The notes under the pieces: model-generated
What the model saw: only the letters and a program-made list of their open reading frames with translations
What the model was told of the DNA's origin: nothing
Databases searched by the model: none
Part shown: piece by piece, positions 1 to 9,548 of the stretch
Position numbering within the stretch: position 1 is the stretch's first letter
Layout: every line of letters starts with the position of its first letter
Translations under genes and position numbers: made by a program
Source: Candidatus Krumholzibacteriia bacterium
GTDB taxonomy: Bacteria > Krumholzibacteriota > Krumholzibacteriia > LZORAL124-64-63
Assembly: GCA_050174015.1 (NCBI GenBank)
Contig: JBFXKG010000002.1
Location: forward strand, 1-64,000
Direction of reading: 5' to 3'
Length of the DNA: 64,000 bases

Positions 1-203
1 GTGTCTCCAGAAGTATCCGATGCGTTTGTAGGGGAAGGGGAGGCCCAAGAGGTTGTGGTGTGGGCACTTGGGGTTAGGGCAGAAGGGAGGGGCCCAGGAT
101 TCGGGGTTGGAATTGGAGCTGTCCATGACCGGCCCGGGGCAAGGCCCGGGCCGGGAACAATCTCGACGGCACAACCGATTTTCTGAGGTGGGCAGCTTTT
201 CCC

Positions 204-229
204 TGAAACCGGGGATCCTCCGGTGCGTA
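204..229 (+). promoter_or_regulatory. Candidate ECF-sigma (SigW-like) promoter
   Basis: TGAAAC(204-209)-N16-CGTA(226-229), matching the B. subtilis sigma-W consensus, 58 nt upstream of the ATG at 287. Confidence 0.35.
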
Positions 230-286
230 GATGGGAAAGATGGTGTCCAACCGGTTCCCTTGCCTCATCGCATCCGGAGGTCGAAC

Positions 287-835
287 ATGTTCAGGAACTT
301 CGCCCGGACCGCCCGCCCCGCAGCCCTGCTCCTCGTCCTTATGATTCCGGCCGCCGCGTCGGCGGGCGATCCGATCGCCGATTCCGACGACACGATCGTG
401 ATCGTCAACGGCGAGGACGAGTCGACGACCCTGGCCTGGACGGACGGGGTCCTGACCATCACCACGGAGGACGGGGACCGCACCGGGGTGACGGTGGTGG
501 ATCTGGAAGAGGTCGGCGCCCTGGTGGAAGGAGCGGTCGGTGACTTGGCCGAGGTCCTGGCGAGCCTCCAGCTGGACGTGCACATGGGGCAGGACAACCG
601 GCTGAACTTCTCCTACGAGGACCAGACCGTCGAGGTGGACGTCGACGAGATCATGGTCGAGGTCCGCAGGGCCCTGCAAGCGGGGCTCTCAGGGCTCGAG
701 ACCGAACACTGGGTCGACCGCAGGGACCGCGGCGAAGCGGGAAAGACCGCCGCGGAACTGCGGCGCGAACTCGCCGAACTGAGGCGGGAGATGAAGGAAT
801 TGAGAGGGGAACTCCAGGACATCAAGGAGCGTTGA
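287..835 (+). CDS. Secreted hypothetical protein with C-terminal coiled coil
   Basis: GGAGG RBS at 276-280; signal peptide MFRNFARTARPAALLLVLMIPAAASA; heptad-like tail ELRRELAELRREMKELRGELQDIK. Confidence 0.75.
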   Translation: MFRNFARTARPAALLLVLMIPAAASAGDPIADSDDTIVIVNGEDESTTLAWTDGVLTITTEDGDRTGVTVVDLEEVGALVEGAVGDLAEVLASLQLDVHMGQDNRLNFSYEDQTVEVDVDEIMVEVRRALQAGLSGLETEHWVDRRDRGEAGKTAAELRRELAELRREMKELRGELQDIKER

Positions 836-946
836 CACCCCTCCCGGGACCCGTCCCGGATCCCCGGCGTCTTCAACCCCCTCCGGTCCTCTCCCCGGTC
901 TACCCCCTTGGCCGGATGGGGACCGAGGGGGTTGTTCCATGGGGGA

Positions 947-1168
947 TTACTTGCCAGGCAGGAGATCCAGGATCTCCCGCTCCTCGGGGAACCGGTCCAG
1001 GGCCTTCTTGCTGAACACCAGCTTCCCGTCGATGACGACCTCGAAGACCCCGCCGCTCGACGGGATCAGTCCGGGCCTGACGCCGCAGGCGGCTTCGATG
1101 GCGTCCGCCAGACCGGCGGCGCGCGGTTCGTAGTTTCAGACCCGGCAGTATTCGATCGTGATGGTCAT
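947..1168 (-). CDS. Rdx (SelT/SelW/SelH)-family selenoprotein, CxxU motif, 73 aa
   Basis: Manual translation MTITIEYCRV-U(TGA 1136-1138)-NYEPRAAGLADAIEAACGVRPGLIPSSGGVFEVVIDGKLVFSKKALDRFPEEREILDLLPGK*; GAGGAG RBS; IEYCxxU and GGxFEV..G...SK...RFP Rdx motifs. Confidence 0.85.
1101..1122 (-). promoter_or_regulatory. Candidate bacterial SECIS hairpin
   Basis: GCG-CCGCC-[GGUCU]-GGCGG-A-CGC stem-loop; the G-starting loop begins 21 nt after the UGA. Confidence 0.6.
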
Positions 1169-1193
1169 GTCGTCTCCTCGGGTCGGGGTCGCG

Positions 1194-2369
1194 TCAGAAC
1201 TGGATCAGAGGCTTGGGCCAGGCGGCCAGGGTCTTCTCGAAGGACGCGGGCTCGAAATCCTGGATGTGGACCACGGCGTCGTCGCCTCCGCCGAGGATGA
1301 CCTCGTAGATCCGGTCCTGGATCCTGTTGCTGCGGTCCTCCAGGAGGTTCCGGGTAATGTACCATGATTCGAAGATCCGGCGACCGATCACGCTGTGCAG
1401 GGTCAGGCCGTTGACGATGACCCGGTCGAAGGCCTGGATGTGGAAGTTGCCCTGCTTCAGTCCGAACAGGATCACCTCGCCGCCGCGGCGGGTGGACTGG
1501 ATGGCGTTGTTGACGCTGGAATTGAAGCCGGCCATCTCCATGGACACGTCGGCGCCCTGCCCCCCGAAGGCCTCGCGCACCCGGGCCACCAGGTCCTTGT
1601 CGGCGCCCCAGGCGTGGGAGTGGGCCTTGTCGAGGTTGACGGGGATGACGTCGTCGGCGCCGAGCTGCCGCGCCATCTCCTGGTTGGCGGGATTGGGCTC
1701 GATGCCGATGATCCGGGTGGCGCCCAGGGCCCGGGCCACCATGATGACGAACAGCCCGATGGTGCCGCAACCGAAGACGGCCACCCGCCGGCCCCGCAGG
1801 TCGGCGGTGGTGCAGGCGTGGACGGCGTTCCCGAAGGGCTCCTGCAGGGCGGCCACCTTCAGGCGGATCTTGCGGGGGTCGGTCTGCCACAGGACGTTGG
1901 CCGGCAGCTTGATGTACTCGGCGAAACAGCCGTCCCTGGCGATGCCGATGATCACGTCCTGGCTGCAGATGTGGGTCTGGCCGATCCGGCACTGGTAGCA
2001 GGTGCCGCAGATGATGTGGCTCTCGGTGGAGACGATGTCCTTGGGGGCGTAGCCGTAACGCGGGGTCACCTTCGAACCGACGGCGACGATCTCGCCGACC
2101 ATCTCGTGGCCGATGATCCGGATGGTCCCGCCTTCCTTCTTCAGGCTGTCGAAGATCATGCCCTTGAAGGCGGTGCGGTTCCAGATGCCGCGGTCGCTGC
2201 CGCAGAACCCTGCGTAGATCACCTTGACCAGGACGTTCTCCGAGTCGGCGGGATCGGCGGATTCGTCCAGGCAGGGCTGGGGCATGTCCCGCAGCTGGAA
2301 TCCCCTGGACTGGTCCCAGGGCATGCTCGACTTGTCGTAGACCAGGCTCTTCATCGTTTCGGCATTCAC
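1194..2369 (-). CDS. tdh: Zinc-binding MDR dehydrogenase, L-threonine 3-dehydrogenase-like
   Basis: GFCGSD, GHE, ESHIICGTCYQC..HIC structural Zn site, EPFGNAVH, GCGTIG Rossmann motif. Confidence 0.75.
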   Translation of the reverse strand: MNAETMKSLVYDKSSMPWDQSRGFQLRDMPQPCLDESADPADSENVLVKVIYAGFCGSDRGIWNRTAFKGMIFDSLKKEGGTIRIIGHEMVGEIVAVGSKVTPRYGYAPKDIVSTESHIICGTCYQCRIGQTHICSQDVIIGIARDGCFAEYIKLPANVLWQTDPRKIRLKVAALQEPFGNAVHACTTADLRGRRVAVFGCGTIGLFVIMVARALGATRIIGIEPNPANQEMARQLGADDVIPVNLDKAHSHAWGADKDLVARVREAFGGQGADVSMEMAGFNSSVNNAIQSTRRGGEVILFGLKQGNFHIQAFDRVIVNGLTLHSVIGRRIFESWYITRNLLEDRSNRIQDRIYEVILGGGDDAVVHIQDFEPASFEKTLAAWPKPLIQF

Positions 2370-2448
2370 GGTGCACCTCCAGCGTGGAGCTGGCGAAAGA
2401 AATCCGGCCGGTTTCCCGGCCGGATCGTCGTATCCCTGCCGGGACTCG

Positions 2449-3687
2449 TCAGTTGAGAGGATCGCTCGTATCGAACCCGTAGGCCCAGGAATCGTCGCCC
2501 TCGTCCCGGCGGTCGCAGCGGCCCTCCTCCTCGGCCAGGAGGTCGTCCAGGGACACCATTTCCGGCAGGGCGGGCTCGTCGAAGGGGGCGATGCCCGGAT
2601 CGGCCGGTCCGCCCCCCCTCAGCTCGGCCAGGAACCGGCCGAGCCCCGCCAGGCCGGAGCCGGCCTCCCGGGCGAAATCGGCCTCGGCGTCCCGAGGGGA
2701 GGGTGTGCGCAGGGTCGCCGGAAGGTCTTCAGGATCCGGTTCGACCACCTGGGCCGCGTAACGGATTCCACCATCAGGCTTCCTACAGTAACGCCTGACC
2801 AGTTCGTCCGCCAAATCAAAGTAGGCCCGGCTTCCGGAGGACCGGCGGTCGTAGATGACGGCGGGTTTTCCGCGCAGGGCCATCTCGCTCAGCCGGGTGT
2901 TGCGGGGGATGCAGCATTCCAGCAGATCGCTGCCGAAATCCTCGCTGACGCGGGCGGCGACGTGCCGGCCCATCCGGGTCCGTTCGCTGGTCATCGTCAG
3001 GAACAGCCCCTCGAGGGCCAGGGTCTGGGGCATGGCTCCGGCCGAGGCGGATCCGCCCGAGCGGTAGGTCTGCCGCTGGAAGTCCCCGACGAATTCGATG
3101 AGCGTCCCCAGCGTGCCCCGGCAAAGCTCTTCCGCCTGGACGGGGACCAGGTAGCTGTCCGATGCGGCCAGGGCGGCCCTGGTGGGGGCGCCGAGGCTGG
3201 GGGGGCAATCGATGAGGATGGTGTCGTAGAGGTTGCGGGCCCGGTCCACCTCGCGCACGAAGTCGTCCATGCGGGAGGCCATGGCTTCATGGTAGGCCTC
3301 CTCGTCGGCCAGGCAGAGCAGCCGGGGCGAGACGAAGAACAGATTCTCCAGGGGTGAGCGCTGGGCGATCTCGTTCAGGCCCGTCCGGTCGGTGAAGATG
3401 TCCGTCAGGGAGGTCGGCAGCTCCGCCGGTTCGGTGCCGAGGGTGCGGCAGACCCCGCACTGGGGATCGGTCCCGATGATCAGGACGGAGTGCCCGGAGA
3501 GAGCGAGAGCGGCGCCCAGATTGACGGCCGAGGTCGTCTTGCCGACTCCGCCCTTGCGGCTGACGAGGCTGATGACGCGGCCCTCGACGGTGTTCCAGGG
3601 TGTTCTCCGTCTCGGGGTCGGCGACATCCCCGTGTCGTTCTCGTGTTCGGGTCCGGAAAGCTCGGCGGCGGGTTTGATGTCGTCCAT
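2449..3687 (-). CDS. ParA/Soj-family ATPase with long C-terminal extension
   Basis: KGGVGKTTSAVNL deviant Walker A, DPQ, IDCPPSLG; AGGAG RBS before ATG 3687. Confidence 0.85.
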   Translation of the reverse strand: MDDIKPAAELSGPEHENDTGMSPTPRRRTPWNTVEGRVISLVSRKGGVGKTTSAVNLGAALALSGHSVLIIGTDPQCGVCRTLGTEPAELPTSLTDIFTDRTGLNEIAQRSPLENLFFVSPRLLCLADEEAYHEAMASRMDDFVREVDRARNLYDTILIDCPPSLGAPTRAALAASDSYLVPVQAEELCRGTLGTLIEFVGDFQRQTYRSGGSASAGAMPQTLALEGLFLTMTSERTRMGRHVAARVSEDFGSDLLECCIPRNTRLSEMALRGKPAVIYDRRSSGSRAYFDLADELVRRYCRKPDGGIRYAAQVVEPDPEDLPATLRTPSPRDAEADFAREAGSGLAGLGRFLAELRGGGPADPGIAPFDEPALPEMVSLDDLLAEEEGRCDRRDEGDDSWAYGFDTSDPLN

Positions 3688-3902
3688 GATGAATCTCCTG
3701 TGTGCTCGGCTGGATCGTCTTCCGAGTGGCCATGGCCTGGTCGGCAACGGGAACGGACCGCAAGGGAAACCACCCCCGAGGCTTCCCGGTCCGCAACCAG
3801 ATTAAGGGCCGGAGGCTTTTCGATCAACCGGAACCTTTTTCCGGACATGACGGCCCGGAGGTGAGGAGGCGACTCCGGTCCGGGATGACCGGGAAACCCT
3901 CG

Positions 3903-4562
3903 TCAGCAGAGCGCCAGCAGGCTGCGGACGAATTCCTCGGCTCCGGCGAAGACCTCGGCGATGTCCCGGGCCAGCATGTAGGCCGGGGTGGTGACCATCC
4001 TGGATCCGGTGTCGACCACCGCGGCGTCGACCGGGCATTCGACGTGCCGGGCGCCCATGGCCTCGATGTGCCCGGCGGTGGCGGGATCCGACCCGATGGT
4101 CAGCCGCGGTGAAAGATCGCTGCCGAACACGCGGGCCAGGATGACCGGCGCGATGCACATGGCGCCGATGGGCTTGCCCAGGGCGTGGGCCCGGCGCAGG
4201 AAGTCCTCGACTCCGGCATGGACCGTGCACCCTGCGCCCTCGGTGGCGTAGTCGCTGAGGTTCTTGGCGGCGCCGAACCCGCCGGGAAGCAGGACCCCGT
4301 CGATGGCGGCGGGATCCATCTTTTCCAGGGGTGCGATCGCCCCACGGACCAGCCGCGCGCTCTCGACCAGGACGTCCCTGGTTTCACCGGCGGCGGGTTC
4401 CCCGGCGAGGTGGTTCATGACGTGCATCTGGGGCCCGGACGGGGCGCAGGCCACGGCCTCGGCCCCCTGGCGGCGGAGTGCCACCAGGGCCGCGCAGGCC
4501 TCGTGGATCTCGGAGCCGTCATAGACCCCGCAACCGCTCAAGATGACGGCGATCTTCTTCAT
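3903..4562 (-). CDS. elbB: ElbB/ES1-family glyoxalase (DJ-1/PfpI superfamily)
   Basis: MKKIAVILSGCGVYDGSEIHE, ESARLVRG, PGGFGAAKNL, MCIAP, TTPAYM. Confidence 0.9.
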   Translation of the reverse strand: MKKIAVILSGCGVYDGSEIHEACAALVALRRQGAEAVACAPSGPQMHVMNHLAGEPAAGETRDVLVESARLVRGAIAPLEKMDPAAIDGVLLPGGFGAAKNLSDYATEGAGCTVHAGVEDFLRRAHALGKPIGAMCIAPVILARVFGSDLSPRLTIGSDPATAGHIEAMGARHVECPVDAAVVDTGSRMVTTPAYMLARDIAEVFAGAEEFVRSLLALC

Positions 4563-4796
4563 GGTCTCATCCTCCCGTGGGGCGGCCCGGGGGAGACCCC
4601 CGGAATTCCTGTCACGTCCCTGCTTTTATCGCCTGACCGGTTCCCTGTCAACCCCCCGGCGCCTCCCCCCCCGGCGCCTCCCGCCCGGCGTCCCCGAATC
4701 CCGTTCTGAGAATTTGGAATCCCCCGATCCAGGGGCTAGCTTTGCCCATGGCGGAGCCGAATCCTCAGGTTTCCAATCCAAGGGACGGACCGGATC

Positions 4797-5273
4797 ATGA
4801 CCGGAAAGATGGCAGTCGGCGGCATCACGAAGAAGGACGGACTGGTCCTCGTGCGCATCCTCGGAGCCAGGGCGGGGCACGGCCTCGCGGGCAGGGCCCT
4901 GTCCGAGCTGGGACTCAGGGGGATCAACATCATCTGCGTGACCTCGTTCATCGACCGGGAGGGCCTGAACAACATCTGCTTCGCCATCCGCAAGGAGGAT
5001 CTGGACCAGTCCCTGGGCATCCTGCAGTCCATCAGCGAGGAGATCCAGGCCCGCAGCATCGAGTACCAGAGCCGTTGCTGCGCGGTCTCCATCTACGGTC
5101 CCCACTTCAGCGAACGGCCGGCCATCGCCGGCACCATCTTCGAGGCCACCGCCGAGGCCGGCATCGAGCTCCATCTGATCAGCACCTCGTTCTCGACGGT
5201 CTCGTTCCTGACCAACGAGGACCAGGGCGCGGTCGCCGTCGCCAAGCTCCACGAGAAGTTCCTGGTGCCCTGA
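4797..5273 (+). CDS. Stand-alone tandem ACT-domain protein (aspartokinase regulatory-domain-like)
   Basis: GLAGRALSELGLRGINI and VSIYG....RPAIAGTIFEA.AEAGIELHLISTS resemble the aspartokinase ACT pair. Confidence 0.75.
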   Translation: MTGKMAVGGITKKDGLVLVRILGARAGHGLAGRALSELGLRGINIICVTSFIDREGLNNICFAIRKEDLDQSLGILQSISEEIQARSIEYQSRCCAVSIYGPHFSERPAIAGTIFEATAEAGIELHLISTSFSTVSFLTNEDQGAVAVAKLHEKFLVP

Positions 5274-5288
5274 CCGGGCGCGCACCTC

Positions 5289-6959
5289 TCAGTACCGGAA
5301 ACCGCTGCCCCCGATGAACTCCCTCAGGAGGGAGGTCGGAGGCACCTGTCCGGCGTCGATGGGCAGCAGCAGGGCCAGCAGGTCGATGAGGGTGCGGGCC
5401 AGGCCGTAGTTCGGGTCGTCGGATTCGACGGCGGCCAGGCGGGGTTCGGCCCAGAGCTTCAGGACGGCCAGTTCGTAGGTCAGCCCGCTGTTGAAGAAGA
5501 GGTCGGCGTTGTTCTGGAAGGGGAAGATGTGCTTCTCCTCGCCCCGGCGGACCTTGGGCCAGCGGGCGAGGGTCTCGGCCGCGGGGTAACCCCGGAACTG
5601 GGCGTCGCGCACCAGGCGCCGGAAGAGGCGGCTGTGGGTGGTCTTGATGTAGCTGTAGCTGTCGATGTTCAGGTGGCAGAGGGCCGAGACGTAGATGTGC
5701 AGCTTGTCCCGCCGCGGAATGGAGGGGGTCAGGCGGGGGTTGAGGGCGTGGATGCCCTCGACGATCAGGGGTTGGCCCCGCTCCAGCCGGGTGGGCGCCT
5801 CGTCCAGGACGCCCTTGCCGGCCACGAAGTCGAAACGCGGCAGGTGGACCGGCTCGCCTGCCATGAGGGCCTGCAGGTCCCGGTTGAAATCCTCGATCTT
5901 CAGGGCGTCCAGGGCCTCGAAATCGAAGTCCCCATCGGCTCCCAGGGGGGTCAGATCCCGGTCGACGAAGTAGTTGTCCAGGGACAGGGCGAAGGGCTTG
6001 AAGCCCAGCACGCGCAGGTGGACCATGATCCTCTTGGCGCTGCTGGTCTTGCCCGAGCTGGAGGGCCCGGCCAGCAGCACCAGGCGGCCTTCTTCCGGCA
6101 GGGCGGCGACGTGGCGGGCGGCGTCCACGAAGAACTGGGCGTGGCGGGCCTCGGAGATCTGGACGAGCTCGGCGGTGCGCCCCTGGACGATGTACTCGTT
6201 GAGGCTGCCGGTGTCCTGGAGGCCGACCTTCTCGGTCCAGCGGGCGTAGGCGCGCAGGGTGTCGAGGTAACGGGGTTGGGGCACGTAGGCCGGGAACTCG
6301 TCGATCCGTCCCTTGAGGTTGCCCAGCAGCACGAACCCGGGATGCTCCGGCTCCAGCCTGAAGGTCCGCACGTAGCCGGTCGAGGGGAGCTGCCTGCCGT
6401 AATAGAGCTTGGCGCTGTCCGCCATCCTGTAGAAGGTCAAGGCCTCGCGCCGCAGATACCTGGCGGCCCGGTAGCTCCGCTCGTCCCCCTGGCGGCGGTA
6501 CATCTTCAACAGGGCCCGCAGGCCGAAGGTCTGGGGCGTCAGCGCCCGGTCCTCGGCCACGAGCTCCCACATGCGCTTCTCCAGGGCGGAGATCTCCCGC
6601 GCGATCAACGGCTCGGGCCGCTGGAGTTCGCAGTACATGCCCCCGCTGTAGCTGAAGTGGACGTTCAGCTGGTGATCGGGGAACAGATCCTGGGCGGCGA
6701 CGGCCAGCAGGAAGAGAACGGTCCGCTGGATGGTTGTCTGGGCGTAGGGGTCGGACATCCGGATGAGCCGGACCCTGTCGCCGGGAGCCAGGGGTTCGTG
6801 CAGGCTCACCCGCCGGCCGTTGACCGAGGCGATGACCACCGGGTCGTCCCCCTCCAGGAGGGCGGGGTTCTCGGCGCGCAGGAACTGCAGGATGGTGACG
6901 CCGGGGGCGATGGTCCGCGGCAGGCCTTCGAGTTCCACCTGGTTGCTGTCGCTGGCCAT
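5289..6959 (-). CDS. Uridine/nucleoside kinase fused to N-terminal ThrRS-like (TGS/editing-like) region
   Basis: LAGPSSSGKT P-loop, SLDNYF, IVEGIHALNP, RRLVRD.QFRG, GEEKHIFPFQ. Confidence 0.85.
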   Translation of the reverse strand: MASDSNQVELEGLPRTIAPGVTILQFLRAENPALLEGDDPVVIASVNGRRVSLHEPLAPGDRVRLIRMSDPYAQTTIQRTVLFLLAVAAQDLFPDHQLNVHFSYSGGMYCELQRPEPLIAREISALEKRMWELVAEDRALTPQTFGLRALLKMYRRQGDERSYRAARYLRREALTFYRMADSAKLYYGRQLPSTGYVRTFRLEPEHPGFVLLGNLKGRIDEFPAYVPQPRYLDTLRAYARWTEKVGLQDTGSLNEYIVQGRTAELVQISEARHAQFFVDAARHVAALPEEGRLVLLAGPSSSGKTSSAKRIMVHLRVLGFKPFALSLDNYFVDRDLTPLGADGDFDFEALDALKIEDFNRDLQALMAGEPVHLPRFDFVAGKGVLDEAPTRLERGQPLIVEGIHALNPRLTPSIPRRDKLHIYVSALCHLNIDSYSYIKTTHSRLFRRLVRDAQFRGYPAAETLARWPKVRRGEEKHIFPFQNNADLFFNSGLTYELAVLKLWAEPRLAAVESDDPNYGLARTLIDLLALLLPIDAGQVPPTSLLREFIGGSGFRY

Positions 6960-6987
6960 GGCCGTCCTCTGGTGGCTGGTCGGATGA

Positions 6988-7278
6988 TCAATCCCCGGAG
7001 TCCGGGGCGGCGCTCGCCGACCCGCCGGTTTCGCCGGCGGCGGGAGCGCTTCCGGTCGAGGATTCTGAAGCCTCGCCCGACTTGACGCCAGTGTTTTTCC
7101 CGCGGGAATCGGTCTTGTAGAAACCGGATCCCTTGAACAGGATGCCGGATCCGCCGCTGATCAGGCGCTCCACCTTGGAGCGGCATTCCGGACAGCGCCG
7201 GCGCGGGGGTGCGGAGATGGACTGGAACTCCTCGAACACGAGGCCGCAGCGGGTGCATTCATACTCGTAGGTCGGCAC
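6988..7278 (-). CDS. FmdB-family zinc-ribbon protein
   Basis: MPTYEYECTRCG..FEEFQSI...CPEC...RLIS...FKGSGFYKTD; GAGGAG RBS. Confidence 0.9.
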   Translation of the reverse strand: MPTYEYECTRCGLVFEEFQSISAPPRRRCPECRSKVERLISGGSGILFKGSGFYKTDSRGKNTGVKSGEASESSTGSAPAAGETGGSASAAPDSGD

Positions 7279-7400
7279 GGTGGTCTCCTCCTCGGGGCCC
7301 CGGCAGCGGGCCTGGTTTGTTCGGATGGTGACGCCCCAATATGGGAGGAGGTCCCCGATTCCGCCAACGGTCGCCTCGGGAGGCTAGGGGCGGGGCAGGT

Positions 7401-7430
7401 TTGCCCGGGCAACCCCTTTTGGTGTATAAT
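7401..7430 (+). promoter_or_regulatory. Sigma70-type promoter of the M1 peptidase gene
   Basis: TTGCCC-N18-TATAAT; perfect palindrome TTGCCCGGGCAA (7401-7412) overlaps the -35. Confidence 0.5.
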
Positions 7431-7478
7431 GGCAGGACCCCGACCGCAGCGAATCTCCATCCCCCGACCGGAGGAACC

Positions 7479-9539
7479 ATGGCGCCGCACCGCCGAAAGG
7501 ATCGTCGTTCCGCCGTTTCGGCCGTGGCCCTGGTCCTCTGGGTTTGCGGCGTGGTCCCCGGGTACGCCGCGGGCCCCGTCCCCCTGGCCCCGGTACCCCA
7601 GGAGCCCGTCTGGCGGCCGGAGTACCAGATCCGGCAGCACCGGATCCTCGAGGCCGAGACCAAGGCCCGGGGATACGCCGAACTCGCCTCCCGGGAGGCA
7701 GGGTCCGGCGGCGCCAAATCCCTTGCCATGGACGCCTACGACGTCACCTTCTACGACCTCGATCTCGAGGTCAACGCCGTCACCGAGACCATCGCCGGAA
7801 CCGGGGCGATGAAGGCCGCGGTCCTCGGGGATTCCCTGACCACGGTCCAGCTCCACCTGCTGGACAACCTGGCCGTGCAGGAGGTCCGCGCCGCCGGGCT
7901 TCCCGTGGCTTTCACCCACGCGGGCGACCTCCTGGAAGCCGACCTCGACCGCACCTACTTCCAGGGGGAGTTCTTCACGGTCGAGATCGACTACGGCGGC
8001 GATCCGGCGGGCGACTACTTCGGCTGGGCGGTGGCCAGGAACATTCCTCTGGTCTGGTCCCTGAGCGAGCCTTACGGCGCGCGGGAATGGTGGCCCTGCA
8101 AGGATCTCAACACGGACAAGGCCGATTCGGTGGACCTGCACGTCACCGTCCAGGATCCCCTGATCGTGGCCAGCAACGGCCTGCTCGCCGGGACCACGGC
8201 GCCGAGCCCCGGCTGGACGACCTACCACTGGCGGGAACGCTATCCCATCGCCACCTACCTGGTGTCCGTCGCGATCCATCCCTACGCCGTCTTCACGGAC
8301 ACCTATTTCGGTCTCGAGGGCGGAACCATGCCGGTGACCAATTACGTCACTCCCGACCTGCTGACCACGGCGGTCAACGGGTACGCGCCGACCGTCGACA
8401 TGATCGCGGCCTTCGCGGAGGCCTTCGGGGAATATCCGTTCATCGAGGAAAAGTACGGCCACGCCCACTTCACCTGGGGTGGGGGCATGGAACACCAGAC
8501 CTGCACCAGCATGTACACCAGCCTCTATTCCCAGGCGATCATCTCCCACGAACTGGCCCACCAGTGGTGGGGGGACATGATCACCTGCGCCGACTTCGGC
8601 CACATCTGGCTGAACGAGGGCTTCGCCACCTGGAGCGAGGCCTACTGGCGCGAGGTCAGCGAGGGCGTCGCGGCCTATCACGCCGACATGGAATCCACCC
8701 GGTACCTGGGCGCAGGTTCGGTCTTCGTCTACGATCCCTCGGATTTCCGGGTCATCTTCAACTACGACACGACCTACGCCAAGTCTTCCTGGGTCGTCCA
8801 CATGCTGCGCCACGTCCTGGGCGACGAGGACTTCTTCGCCTCCCTGGCGGCCTTCCGGCAGCAGTTCGCCTTCTCCTCGGCCACGACCGAGGACCTCCAG
8901 ACCGTCTGCGAAGGCGTCGCGGGGCTGGACCTGGGCCCCTTCTTCGCCCAGTGGGTCTACGGGCAATATTACCCGGTCTATGAGTTGTCCCACACGAGCA
9001 CCCCGGTGGCCGGCGGCTACCGGCTGGACGTCCGCATCGCCCAGACCCAGACGAACGCCGGAGTCTTCACCATGCCCCTGGACCTGCGGGTGGGGACCGC
9101 CGGCGGGACCTTCGACTTCGTGGTCGTGAACGACCGGGCCGTCCAGTGGTATTCCTTCGAGGTCCCCTTCGAGCCCCAGGTCGTCGAGCTGGATCCCGAC
9201 GACTGGGTGCTGTGCGAGAAGACCGCAGGCGGGATCAGCAGCGTCTCGCCTCCCGCCGGGTCGCATGCCCGCCTCCGGGGCGCGGTCCCGAATCCCTTCA
9301 ATCCCACCACGAGCATCCGCTTCTCCCTGCCCGCCGGGGCCGAGGTGGACCTGACGATCTACGACGCTGCCGGCCGCCGGGTCCGGGATCTGGATCCTGG
9401 CTTCCTGCCGCCGGGGGACCACGCCGTGCGCTGGGACGGGAGGGACGCGGGGGGAAGGGCGGCGGCTTCGGGCGCCTATTTCGTGCGCTTGCGGGCCGGC
9501 GCGGCGGTGTCCACCCTGCCGCTGACCCTGGTCCGCTGA
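7479..9539 (+). CDS. Secreted M1-family aminopeptidase with C-terminal FlgD-Ig sorting-like domain
   Basis: GGMEHQT, HELAHQWWG, WLNEGFA; PNPFNP...WDGRD..G...ASGAYFVRL; signal peptide; GGAGG RBS. Confidence 0.9.
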   Translation: MAPHRRKDRRSAVSAVALVLWVCGVVPGYAAGPVPLAPVPQEPVWRPEYQIRQHRILEAETKARGYAELASREAGSGGAKSLAMDAYDVTFYDLDLEVNAVTETIAGTGAMKAAVLGDSLTTVQLHLLDNLAVQEVRAAGLPVAFTHAGDLLEADLDRTYFQGEFFTVEIDYGGDPAGDYFGWAVARNIPLVWSLSEPYGAREWWPCKDLNTDKADSVDLHVTVQDPLIVASNGLLAGTTAPSPGWTTYHWRERYPIATYLVSVAIHPYAVFTDTYFGLEGGTMPVTNYVTPDLLTTAVNGYAPTVDMIAAFAEAFGEYPFIEEKYGHAHFTWGGGMEHQTCTSMYTSLYSQAIISHELAHQWWGDMITCADFGHIWLNEGFATWSEAYWREVSEGVAAYHADMESTRYLGAGSVFVYDPSDFRVIFNYDTTYAKSSWVVHMLRHVLGDEDFFASLAAFRQQFAFSSATTEDLQTVCEGVAGLDLGPFFAQWVYGQYYPVYELSHTSTPVAGGYRLDVRIAQTQTNAGVFTMPLDLRVGTAGGTFDFVVVNDRAVQWYSFEVPFEPQVVELDPDDWVLCEKTAGGISSVSPPAGSHARLRGAVPNPFNPTTSIRFSLPAGAEVDLTIYDAAGRRVRDLDPGFLPPGDHAVRWDGRDAGGRAAASGAYFVRLRAGAAVSTLPLTLVR

Positions 9540-9548
9540 GCGTATTCC

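Noticed and set aside
1..135. G-rich tract as a G-quadruplex or small ORF
   Set aside because: Truncated by the window edge, irregular G-runs, no coding or structural support
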